A stretch of DNA of 64,000 nt. Source: Paraphysomonas bandaiensis (taxonomy: Eukaryota > Protista > Chrysophyceae). The notes beneath the pieces were generated by a model. The model was given only the letters and a program-made list of their open reading frames with translations. It did not search any database and was not told the DNA's origin. Positions 37,937 through 49,065 of the stretch are shown here, piece after piece (position 1 is the stretch's first letter; every line of letters starts with the position of its first letter). The translations under genes were made by a program, and so were the position numbers. Location of the stretch: the NCBI GenBank assembly GCA_965644295.1, contig CBFFRP010000153.1:62001-126000 (forward strand). Reading direction: 5' to 3'.

Positions 37937-39353
37937 TCAGTGTTTAAAATGTGTAGCAAGTCTATCAATTGCAGTTTCCAGGGTACCATCGTCGCGAGGG
38001 TAGGCAAGTCGTACGTAGGTGTTTGCCAAATGTCTCTCATCTGGAGTATAGAACGGTGACATTGGAATCGGTCCAACTCCAACCTCTTTCGTCAACCACT
38101 TGCAAAATCTTACGTCAGGTCTCTCAGCTAGAGGGGTCGCAGCTGTGAGGGAGTTGAATTTAGCTGTGTCGATGCCAGCACGTTCATAAAATTGTCCAAA
38201 GTCGGCCACTACGAAATATCCACCCTCGGGTTTGAAGTGTGGGATCCCTACGACAAAAATAAATAAAGACCACAATGTGTCAATCCTTATATGATGTGAA
38301 TTCACCTATTTCTTCCAGCGATCCACAGAGCTTGTCTCTCTTTGTTTGTAGAAATGTGGGAAGCCAATCAAAATAGCCCACTTCTTCTCCGTGAGTGATA
38401 GCGAGCGCTGCTGTCTTTTGTAGCGGAGTGGTGGTAGAAAAGTTAATAATACTATGAAGGGTCTTTACAATATGGGTGAGCTCCGGGGGGGCTATGGAAT
38501 ACCCCACTCTCCAGCCAGTACAGCTAAAGGTTTTCCCTACGGAGTACATAGATATCGTGCGCTCCCACATGCCAGGTTGGGAAGCAATGTGTACGTGGGG
38601 CTTGCCATCGTAAGTCATGTGTTCATATACCTCATCAGAAAGAACCAATAGATCAGGAAACTGTTGCACCACTGCAGCAATGGCGGCAAGTTCCTCTGCA
38701 GTAAATACTTTGCCGAAAGGACTGTGCGGGGTATTGAGAAGCAAAATCTTGGTCTTGTTGGTGAGCGTACGGCGTAAAACATCCAAATCTAAAATAAACT
38801 CGCCTGCCGATGGATACCTAGAAGAGGCACTTTGAGATAACTTTAACGGTACCGATTTTATGTTTATTCCTAGTGTAGCCGCACTTTTAAAGTATGAATC
38901 GAACGCAGGTGTTAGAACCACGACTTCGTCGCCAGGATTACAGAACGCTGCCATTGTTGTGAACAATCCTTCCTGGGCTCCAACAAATGTACATATATTT
39001 TCAGGATTTAAATCACGATGTAGCCTAGATGAATATCTCTCAGCGAGTACTGTCGCAAGGGAGTGCTCTTCACCAGGTTTACAATACTGATTGTTGAGAT
39101 TAGCTGGACGGTCGCCAGCATACACATCACCCTTGCACACTTCACCCAACAATTTCGATAAAAATGATGGTGATCCAAAAGATGGAAAGCCTTGGCCTAA
39201 ATTCATTGCCTCATGCTGGCTGGCGAGGGCTGTGAACTCAGCGAATATGTTGCCTTCCTGAAGCATCTTTTCTAGCTTTTGCGCTGGGCGTATCCGTGAT
39301 GAGAAATATCTTCGCATTATGCTGACGCTAATCCTACTCGGAAGCGGCTTCAT
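37937..39353 (-). CDS. Class I PLP aminotransferase (kynurenine/glutamine transaminase-like), probable mitochondrial presequence, 1 intron
   Basis: NLGQGFP, LNTPHSPFGKVF, SDEVYE, SVGKTFSCTGWRVGY, PEGGYF, YVRLAY. Start ATG ambiguous (39353 or 39317). Confidence 0.92.
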
Positions 39354-39979
39354 CGTATGCTTGGCGAGATCTCTGTGTGCATGTATTGATTCTGCTGTGC
39401 GTCTGGTGCACCACATCTGCACGCTGGTGTACATTATACACAGCTGTATATTCCTACTGCATACCACATACAGCAGGTCTGACAGTGGTGATGAAAAACG
39501 GTGTGTTGTTATATTCTACCAATGAAACATACGGATCAGAAGCTGATTGGTTCACATGGGCAGCGTATCTCTTCATATGTTAGAGTTCATGAAGTGAGAT
39601 GATATCCACATCGTCTCTCAGAAGCCGATAATCTACTTGACTGTCTCCCTCCAATGAAGTGATGCGTGTTCATATATGTATATGATGGTGACTGTTAATA
39701 GAGCTACAGACCCCCTCACATACATACGACACCAACATTGACTTGTGCCGGTTAACTTGTGCCGGTTGCTCAATAGCTATGGCGACCAGCTTATTTATTA
39801 TATTCTAACACTTGCTCCAATTAACTCTGTCACTTGCACTTAAATCGAACCCTTTACTTCTTTAGTTGGGTATAATATTCACTGAGCTTCTCTCCCTCAT
39901 AGATACAAAGTAGCATTCTCTCTTGATGTTGATTGTTCTTCATGTGGAGGAACTTGCTGTGTATTTTGTACTGTATCTT

Positions 39980-40600
39980 GATTTCCTTTAGAAGTGTATA
40001 CATATCTATTGATCATTCTGCTGCTGCCCAATATTAATGGCATCCTCCTCAGTTACATAATATGTGCCACAGTTACAAATTTGCTATCAAATTCGATCAC
40101 AGCAATAAATAGGACGAGCGAAACGTATAAAGCCCAAAGTCATGACCCTGTTTAGCAGCTTTCTCGCATGGAATATGTACTCTTTTATTGTTATTGCAAC
40201 CTTGCCTTCTCGTGAATCCCTCTAGAGTTTATTTAAACATACTCTTTATTTCCGGTGAAGGGATCATTCTCTCCGTGTACTATTCTTAAGATCACTTCGA
40301 TGCCTATTAACGTGTGCCAACGAGTATTTCTGGGGAGGGTCGTAATACAGACCACTTCGGCTGTCGACTTTAAGCACATGAGCCATGTACTGTTCTACAA
40401 CGCATCAGGTGTCGGTAGTATTGGTGATAACTTATCATCGTTGCCACTTTCTACGCAGATGGGGTAATGCTCATCAAGCCAATGGAGAAGAAACCTTGAT
40501 CCTATCTGCATATTGCCTGTGGGTACTCTCAGTCAATCGCATCTGCTTGGTTTGTAGTGCAATCTCATCTCTGAATTCGCTCAGTTCGCTAATATCCATG
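39980..40600 (-). pseudogene. Decayed Crypton-like tyrosine recombinase
   Basis: Frameshifted minus-strand pieces MRLTESTHRQYADRIK, EQYMAHV, KYSLAHVNRHRSDLK, EYIFHARKLL, SKFVTVAHIM, EDAINIGQQQNDQ are collinear with my recollection of stramenopile Crypton YR motifs (T-RQY; S-V--HRSALK; WNL-SR--V--I; DAL-I---K-DQ). Confidence 0.5.
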
Positions 40601-41801
40601 GTGATTGTTGTTTTGCTGTTGCAGTAGGTAAATGCAATTTATTTTGCTCTTGCAGTTGATGGATATTGGTATTATAGATTTGAATGGCGATAGCGCAAAC
40701 GGTAAAAAATGCCGAAATTAGTCTGTTCGTAAAATCGTAATATTCTAGATATCATAGTAAACGGAAGAAGATAATACGCCTTGACGAATATTATTTTCCG
40801 GCCAGTGCGTTTTACGGCCAAAATATTAGTAATAGCGGGGTAGTTTAAGATATTTTTTGCCGAAAAGCTCTCAGTATTCGAGGGGTCAATCCTATTAATT
40901 TCTGATGATATTATGCGTGCTGATCCTATTAGATCGTCAACTTTACTTAGAGGTATATGGCAGATTACTTGTGTACAATTTACAAGCAAACGGAAGCGAT
41001 GGATACCTAAGACCCCATTACCATGTTAGAAGCTATACTTGAAGAAGTGGGACTGTACCTCAGAGATGGGTGTGTGTGGTGGAGCTGGGGTCCGTGATGA
41101 GAGATGGCTTGGGGAGAGTGGGCCATCACAGTTAATAGTTTTTGTCGCTGCTCTGTTTTACTCCTTGTTGGGTAACCGCAGATGTGGTGTCCGTTGGGTG
41201 AAGGGGTTTTTTATAGTGGGTGAGGGAGACGTTGCCCGACTCTGTTCTTGAATCCGTCTGCGGTGTTGAGTTCTGCGATATGATGTGATATATATTGTGC
41301 AATTGAAGTAAGTTAATTGTATGCAATAGGTGAAGTCAACTGATAGGTGTAACGGGTGATTATAGTTACAAAGGAATTAAATTCAGTTACAGATGTGTGA
41401 CTATACAAGATATAGAACTGACTGATGAACATATGATAAACAGATGTTGCTGAGAACAGATGTTTCATCAGATGTTACACAAATATGTAGTGAAGTGTTC
41501 AAAATAATAATTATAATTTCTTACTTGAAATTGCATTGTGTTCAACATAAGTCGAGGTAATACCAAAACCTGGTAAAGCGATTTCACCAGGTTTCATATC
41601 TAAGTATTGAGTTATTATTTTACTGTAATTTGTATCTGAGAGGTTAAAGATAAAGAAAAAGTTGCAATTATAGTTGTTATTAGCAATATTTATTATGATA
41701 ACAAGGTTAAGGTTTACGTTAACTTCAGTGAAATGTCCAATTCTAACATGCGGTTCTTAAACAAGTGAGGGTTACCTTTAAGGGAGGGAGAACCTATACA
41801 A

Positions 41802-41964
41802 GAATGTCTGATTATTACATACGGTCGTGTACAGAAACTAGTTTGATATCTATAGACTAACTAATAACTGGACTTGCTATATACTATATACCACTAGTGG
41901 CGGGCAACCGTCTCGGGACTGCTTGTGCATCGCTGCGAGCAAAATGGTGCAACCGTCCCTACTG
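41802..41964. repeat. Lone divergent short arm of the inverted-arm family, in tandem with copy 3
   Basis: gaatgtctgattatta ... gggactgcttgtgcatcgctgcgagcaaaatggtgcaaccgtccc. Confidence 0.7.
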
Positions 41965-41970
41965 TATATT

Positions 41971-43484
41971 GAAAGTCTTATTATTAGCAATATGCTTTAA
42001 AAACCTGCACCAACTTAGTAGCTAGATGAATGCTAGACAAACTAGTTAGACCTTTACCCATAACTAATCAGCACAAATTCTATTATTCTACTATTTAACG
42101 CTACGGAAGCTGTTTGTGCGTCGCCGCAAGCACCAAGGTGCGACCACTCCCGCTCTGAGTTCTTAAGGTGAACATACCGGATGCTTGACTTCAGCAGGCA
42201 GCCCAATACCCCGGTTACCCTTCAGGTGGGCCTGTCCCAGTTGCCCTTGAGGTGGGCTCATTCCCGGATGCCTGTTTATTCGTCAGGGCCCAAAGACGTC
42301 TACACAAGTGACACTTATATTTTGGTGTCCCTTGTATCACACAAGCATTCGGCTATGAGTGGGCAAAAGAATATCTGCTGACTATGTTTGCGGCTCGCGT
42401 TAGTTTCCCAGAGAGAATCTCTCCGGTACTTATCCGCCAGAACACACGAAAAGGTGCGAATCCGACTTTGTTGAGGGTAACCGTCCCTTGTAGTGAGGTT
42501 AATCGGGGGGTCTACCTTTTTGGGCAACGTGTCTGACATGCTTCTCACCTGCACTCACCCTGACATCATTCACATACGTAAAGATGTCTACCAAGCACAC
42601 CACAGTAAGCTTGACAAACTTCGCACACGCACGCTCCCCCATCCCTGGTTACACACCGCCATATAACAAAACTAGCTAAAGCCGCATGGAATCCAAACAC
42701 CCCTCAGGTTTAACGCTACTGGGCCGGCCACATTACTGCCACACAATTGGCCGACGCATTCGGACGCCAGATATCCAACGCACTTCTCGAACATCCGTTC
42801 CACGCCCTCGAAAAATCCATCACCTCTATCCTGCTCCCCCTATATAATGGGGGGCTCCGCATGCTTCGAAATAGGGGACTCAGACACCACAAAGCAGACA
42901 CAACATCAGTAACACCGGTCACGACACTGACACTCACAGAACGCCAGTCTCAGGTTAATCACACGACACCAAAAATTCTCCAGATACTCAAGGCGACATC
43001 CACCCCTCGAATTCTATCCTCTACAAGAGTCCGAACCCGACAGAGGCAAGCAAAACCACTCCGGAAACAACTCCTCCATTTTGGCCGAAACCCCACCTCG
43101 ACAACCAGCACCATCTCCACCATAGACTTACACTCTCCTCTACATTTCGCCCCATCCACTCCTCACATAACCCATGGTGTGCACAGTCTGTGCATGCGGA
43201 AGCCGTTGTGTGATCATGCCGGGTTTTCCCTTTGGCTCGGTTTCTTCCCATTGCGTAGGATTTGTCCCATACGTATGCCGTCTCGCTCATTTTGTCGAAA
43301 TATTATGTTAAGGACAGAGAGCGAAAAGTGGTCGCACCTTGTTGGTCCTTGCGGTGACGCACAAGCAGCTTTCGTAAAGTAAAAGACTAGGTATCAGAGT
43401 TAAGCACATGTGAGTTAAATTGTTTTGCTACACTAGTTCTGACTCTTACACGCCTACTGCTAACTGCTAATAATCAGACATTCA
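41971..43484 (+). mobile_element. Composite inverted-arm element, copy 3 (long arm 41971-~42426, ORF-tail insert ~42427-43307, inverted short arm 43308-43484)
   Basis: Arms are inverted copies of the family core. The insert encodes LLTCTHPDIIHIR and YWAGHITATQLADAFGRQISNAL, the latter homologous to the copy 4 insert. Confidence 0.85.
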
Positions 43485-43795
43485 TTAAGGGTTTGACATA
43501 TTGCACACTATTAACTCACTTCAGTTGCACAACACGATTAGTCATACAGTAGAGCTAATAAACAGCGGAATAGAAGATGAAATGCGGAATTTTTTACTGT
43601 TTTTCGTCGTCGCTCTTGTCAGTGTAATGAACATTTGCGACAGCAGACGCATATAATTTTCAGTCATTTTAATGAACGCGTATGTTATCTATATTATATA
43701 GTTTTCAGATAAAAGTAATTTAAATTCTACGTGACGTCAATGCTCAGTTATAAATCAATTACTAATGTTATTTACAAAGGACCTGTTCTTTCATT

Positions 43796-46700
43796 TCAAC
43801 TCGAAGATATGACCTGTTCTTTCATTTCAACGTTTTCTCTAGGCCGGTCGCTGTCTTCAAAATGTTGTCCACGATCGATGTGCTGATAATCACTACCAGA
43901 TCCTACATTCGTATACTCGAGGTCAAAGCCCCAAGGTCTTGGGTAATTAGTTCGTGCTCTAGCCCGTTCGATTAGCCACCTTTTGGACAATACAGCTTCA
44001 CTCTGACACTGGTAGCTGAGATGATTATGCATCCGGTGGTACGGGAAGAGTGCATCACAGTCAGGGTGTGGGCAAGATACTAATCTATAGGGGCACAACT
44101 CATCCATATGTTTAATGATATGTCGCGCCGGAATCTTCGCCGAGCAGTCTTCACAAATTATCGGAGTATTCTCCGATTCTGCCTTCTGCAGTATGCTTTC
44201 CCGTGCCAATACAGCGGCGCAGGCTATAGTCTCATGCTCTTGTTGTTTTTCTGCAAGGAAAGTAGCTTTGCAGTAAGGTCGTCTGCAGCTAATCCGCCGC
44301 TTTGGACACTCATGCCTTAAATGGAAGCGCATATCTGCTTTGCGGATACGGTTGTCGCACCCGTTAGGGCATTTTTTTTCTTGAAGTAACGCTCGTCCCC
44401 TCTGTGCAAGCCGAGCGCGCCGAACTTCAAAGGGGCATAGATTCCTCTCGGTGTAAGAAGGAAGCGGTATGGTAATTTGAGGGGTAGATGTGGTGACCGG
44501 ACGCTTGTCCGTAGACAAGCTGTTGTTGGCTGCTATTGTCTCTCGCACAGACAAAGGTAACATCGTAGTAGCCTCAAACCACGGAGTTCGTCTGTCTCCA
44601 AGATAACTCATCCCGCCCCGTATTGCAACGGGGAACCTATGGTCCGATACATCAACTACACGTCTTGAGTGTCCACCGTCCTCGAAAGTCCACCATCCAA
44701 TAAGACCTTCTGCAGTCATATTCGGCTCATTCGCCTTCGCTAGCGCCTCCGCTTTTTTCTCAGCCTCTTGTTGCTTTTCTTTCCGCGATACCGCCTTTTT
44801 CTTAGCGGCATGGCATTCCGCAACATCATGAGATATGCGTAACAGGCATCGCATATCGAGTTTTACCTCTGGCACACTGCGGGTTTTACCCCAGAAGCGC
44901 ATGTCAAGTAGGTAGCCATGCATCGATAAAAAGGGAGCACCCACGCTTTTCATGGGCAGGTTAAATACCTTGTCCTTAACTGTCGCCACCAGCCCTCCGT
45001 CCGAATAAAGCATGACGCGCTTTCTTGGCTCCAAGGCGCACATTACACATACATGTGTCCATTGTTCACGGGGAATGGGTAGCTTGAACGAAGTGGGTCC
45101 ATCCAAAGTTGTTGAGAACCCTATACGCCCTTGCATGTGAGTGCCTGTTTCATCTTCGTCATCTGAGTCGTCTCCCGTCCCCCGCACGGCGTTGGACATG
45201 TTCATGAATATACCGGCACTATCGCTCATGCACAAAGTTTCTGACCCCCTGTACAAATTTACAACACCAGCTGCAATCTCAGAAAATTTGCTTTCGCCTT
45301 GTAGTGATTTATCTAGTTTCATCTTTTTTTCTTTTTTTGCCCGCCTATCCTTCTTCTTCTTGTCCTTCTTACGCTTCCCCTCACTCATGTCACCTTCATC
45401 ATCCCCAACAGTAGAACTCTTTTTCTTGCGTATTTTTTTTTCTCGGATGAGACCAGACTCTATCCGCCACTCATGAATAATCTGTTGGTCATGCTCCAGA
45501 CGAGACACCATTTCTTCCAACGCTATACCCCAATCTTTCCAGCGCTTCGGTCCCCAGTCAAAGTCGTGTACGTTTGTACTCAATAGCTCGTACCCAGGTG
45601 GGATATCTATCATCTCTGCAGTATTCTCTTCGTCATTCACTGTTGCTGACTCATCCGCCCCAATATTGCTATTCCCGTCACTATCTGGCAGGACACATTC
45701 CTGTTCATCATTTCCTTCGACTTCTACAATCTCCTCGCCGGAACTCTGAGACGTTGCGGCGGTGCCCATTCTACTCGTCGTAAGTACGCTTTCCTTATAG
45801 CTAGCGCGGCAAGGTACGCCGTCCACCTCAGGGTGCATATCCACTAACTCGCGGTGGGGTCGATATCCCTTGGCAGTGTCGATCTCCTGAAGGGCAGTTT
45901 TCATTGCAATCAAGTACTGCTGTGCAACCACCATAGTCCTGACTGCACTGTCTTCGTAGCCTTGAATCAGTCCTGCCAGCTGCTGCGTAATTTCCGCCAC
46001 GTTCGACATGACCACTCCCCTACGGCCACCTCCAACTGTTGGTGATCGACCCATTCCTTCCAAGATACCTTTCAGGTCCATAATGCGCCCTCGTATCCGG
46101 CATTCTTCAAATATTCTACTAGTAAACTCCTCACCCAGACGTAACGTTTCTCGCAAATGGGAGCGGGCGCACTCTACCTGCGAAGGCCGGTATATCCAAA
46201 ACTCTGCTGTCCACGGAGGAGGTACGTCATCCTCCTCTACAGCCAGGCGAGTGTCACTCCCATCCATGTACAGACAAGACCTTGGGCGGACAGAGCTATC
46301 TACATCTTCATGCTTCTTGCGATCACGCAAACGAACCATCACTGGACAACCTAAGGCGTGATTCCGACAGGGTACGCGTCTGTTTAGACAGTCTTCTGTT
46401 TCATGTTTGCGAAGCTGCATAAGTGGAACATGCTCACCACACCCAGTGCACTGTACCGGCTCTTTGCGCTCCTTAGATCTGGCTACCAGTTCGTCTTTAC
46501 GCTGCTCAACACTGCATTCAGATCGCAAATGCTGCACCAGTCGGGCTATAGGAATTTCTTCCATACATCCAAGGTGCCTATTGAGGCAATAAACCTTACG
46601 CATCCGGCAATGGTCGAGCCGATGCCGCTTGATATCCTGCATGCGTAACCGCTCCTGACAATCGCTGCACACTTCAAACTCATCCGCTGGTACGGTACGT

Positions 46701-47356
46701 GACTTCACCTCGATATCCCCCAAACCTTCATCGCTCCCTGCTCTGGGACTCCGAAGATCGTCACCTGTGCCATCCTCCATTACAACCCGTGGTGTAGAGG
46801 GCAGGGGGTTGCGGTGGGAGCTGGACATAGACAGTATCAATGACTCCCGTAACTCGCGGGATGCCTCCTTGCGCTTTATGGCAGAGCTGGCCATCGCTCG
46901 TCGGTGCTTAGCTATCTTACATCCAAAGGTAAGGTGTTTCTTCATTTCCCCCTGAGGTAATATCACTCCGCACCCTTGCTCCTGACATTGTACCGTTTTC
47001 TCTCTGCAAAACTTAGACATGTGTCTGCGCAAATCGCGGACTGACATGTTCTCAAAACAGTGCGGACATGAAGTCACCTGGGGTGACATGTAGTCGATGG
47101 AATAGGACTTGTCTGTCTGGGGAACATCCGCAGAGTCTTTGGACACGCTATTTGTCCGGATTGTGGATATAGTGCGGTCGATACTCTTCAGTTTGCGCTG
47201 AAGACTCTCACGGCGCTCGATCTCCGCAAGATTCAACTGAATATATTCCACACTGCTACTACCACTGCCTGGTCCACAGCTCACTGACCGCGACACAGAC
47301 ATTGACTCTGGTACTGCAGCTCGTGAAGATGATTGTGGAGGCCCAGATATAGACAC
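43796..47356 (-). CDS. TRAF-type zinc-finger repeat protein with an interrupted LamG/ConA-like domain
   Basis: Multiple CxxC...HxxxxC TRAF fingers at both ends; LamG-like pieces SCLYMDG..WTAEFWI, WTHVCV, GYLLDMRFW, GLIGWWTFEDG. True start uncertain (ORF opens on GTG; first ATG ~47302). Confidence 0.8.
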   Translation of the reverse strand: MSISGPPQSSSRAAVPESMSVSRSVSCGPGSGSSSVEYIQLNLAEIERRESLQRKLKSIDRTISTIRTNSVSKDSADVPQTDKSYSIDYMSPQVTSCPHCFENMSVRDLRRHMSKFCREKTVQCQEQGCGVILPQGEMKKHLTFGCKIAKHRRAMASSAIKRKEASRELRESLILSMSSSHRNPLPSTPRVVMEDGTGDDLRSPRAGSDEGLGDIEVKSRTVPADEFEVCSDCQERLRMQDIKRHRLDHCRMRKVYCLNRHLGCMEEIPIARLVQHLRSECSVEQRKDELVARSKERKEPVQCTGCGEHVPLMQLRKHETEDCLNRRVPCRNHALGCPVMVRLRDRKKHEDVDSSVRPRSCLYMDGSDTRLAVEEDDVPPPWTAEFWIYRPSQVECARSHLRETLRLGEEFTSRIFEECRIRGRIMDLKGILEGMGRSPTVGGGRRGVVMSNVAEITQQLAGLIQGYEDSAVRTMVVAQQYLIAMKTALQEIDTAKGYRPHRELVDMHPEVDGVPCRASYKESVLTTSRMGTAATSQSSGEEIVEVEGNDEQECVLPDSDGNSNIGADESATVNDEENTAEMIDIPPGYELLSTNVHDFDWGPKRWKDWGIALEEMVSRLEHDQQIIHEWRIESGLIREKKIRKKKSSTVGDDEGDMSEGKRKKDKKKKDRRAKKEKKMKLDKSLQGESKFSEIAAGVVNLYRGSETLCMSDSAGIFMNMSNAVRGTGDDSDDEDETGTHMQGRIGFSTTLDGPTSFKLPIPREQWTHVCVMCALEPRKRVMLYSDGGLVATVKDKVFNLPMKSVGAPFLSMHGYLLDMRFWGKTRSVPEVKLDMRCLLRISHDVAECHAAKKKAVSRKEKQQEAEKKAEALAKANEPNMTAEGLIGWWTFEDGGHSRRVVDVSDHRFPVAIRGGMSYLGDRRTPWFEATTMLPLSVRETIAANNSLSTDKRPVTTSTPQITIPLPSYTERNLCPFEVRRARLAQRGRALLQEKKCPNGCDNRIRKADMRFHLRHECPKRRISCRRPYCKATFLAEKQQEHETIACAAVLARESILQKAESENTPIICEDCSAKIPARHIIKHMDELCPYRLVSCPHPDCDALFPYHRMHNHLSYQCQSEAVLSKRWLIERARARTNYPRPWGFDLEYTNVGSGSDYQHIDRGQHFEDSDRPRENVEMKEQVISSS

Positions 47357-49065
47357 AGACTATAGTAGAAATGACGCGCTCGAGCTACTCATACAGGGCC
47401 GATACCCTACTGACACGCGATCCACCTCATATCCGCATCAGAGAGCATATCACGAATGGTAATGCTGTTTTCTTTTCGTTCTCCTCGTAACGTTGAGACC
47501 GATACATTGATTGGAGTCTACAATACACACACAATACCATATACAACATATAGCTACAGTATACAGTACATGCATACAAGAGGAATACATGCATACTCAT
47601 GTCTGTAGGAATGTGAAACCTGCAGGAAAAAAAGTTTGCCGTTATTATCTACGTACTGCTGTATTCAATGTATTCGTCATGTGGTGCTGTTTTTAGTGCG
47701 TACATGTAAGATTATTAGATCAGTATACAGTACCGGTATACAGTATGTCATGATTAGCAAGTATATCACAAGATTTCAAGCAAGTATACCGGAACTCCTC
47801 ATACAGAGTATGATCAGGCCATTTTCATTCCACTCATTTCAACCGTTTCGGCTTAATACATGGGTTATTTAGGCCAACAGGGTTTTAGGGGTGAGCAAAA
47901 CGCCATTATTAAACCCCTAAATCCCATATCCAGCACCACCCTGCAGGATGACACAGAATGAGAGAACTATTGCCTATCTTAGGCTCTAACAGCAGCCGCT
48001 AAGGTTCCACAGACTTCATATTCATTATCGGCGTGTGAGGCGTAAGGAAGGTACAATATGGTAAGGTTGTGTTACGTGAAATATGTGATAATATTTGCTT
48101 CAGCCAGCTTCCACAGTCGCCGTGAAGATATCCCCGAATCTATTCCAGAGGCATGCTCATGTGGGCTGTGTCCTTTAAAGACGAATATCCGGGGGCTGCA
48201 CTTTCTGCCTCGCCAGGTAAATAAATACGCTCTGTATAACTTTGCTTATGGATATTTCCTGTTGAAAGATGAAGATGATGTAATCGATGATGCAATTATT
48301 TAGAGCGAACGCTTTCTTCAGAAACTTTTATATTCTTCAGACAGAACTTTGATTTTTCTTACACCCTGTATTCACCAATGTTTCGTCATATGGGAAAAGA
48401 TTGAAGACGGGGCAATAGTAGCCAAGGAGCTCCATAATTTAGCTATAAGGCAATTTCTTATTCCTGGCGGCTTTGGGTGGCCTTTCGGTACTCTTTTTCC
48501 TGGACTAACTGGCAGAACAGAAGCTGGTAGCTGTCTGGCTCACAATTTATGTGTGCCGAAAGTGACGCACTTCCATAGAGAACTTTCGGTCATACTTCAA
48601 GCAGGCGAGAGATGAATTGGGTAACCGCCTTCTGGACCGCCTTTCTGACGTCGATGGATCCAAGAACAAGAGGTGGTTAGTGGTTAAACATACTTGGTTA
48701 GCCTCAATGATTGCTCTCATTTCTGTTTGCTGGCATTTTCGAAGCGAAAGTCATGGGAAAAGAGCTGAAGCACTAATATTTGACTGGCGTATTAGAACTT
48801 TCTGTCCATGAGTAGATTTTCTTAAATAACATGTTCGTGTCTCATAACATATTATGATCGTTAGTTTAAGAATACAGTAGTTGAAAACTATAGTACCAAT
48901 GAAATGATATACATTATCTGTTGACTATAAAAGATCTTGTCTACATAAGATATTGGTTGGTAGTTGAGTGCAATTAAAAGCTGTAGTCTAAGGTATTGGA
49001 AATATGGCGGTTAATCGAAGAATACGGAAGTAGTTAACTGTATGATGAGAACTGATGTCATAATA

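Noticed and set aside
42400-42426. Idea that the constant long-arm end (..tcccag) is a splice junction
   Set aside because: Similarity between copies 3 and 4 continues ~15 nt past it and copy 1 stops earlier, so the breakpoint is clustered but not exact.
43780-43831. 21-bp direct repeat spanning the TRAF gene stop codon
   Set aside because: Simple local duplication with no sign of an insertion between the copies.
47880-47925. Hairpin gggttttaggggt / acccctaaatccc with telomere-like TTTAGGG
   Set aside because: Single unit with no array and no second copy in the window; function unsupported.
48050-48810. Coding-like composition, possibly a decayed TE (similarly 9690-10130 and 21760-22330)
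   Set aside because: Stops in all frames and no motif I can recognise; needs BLASTX.
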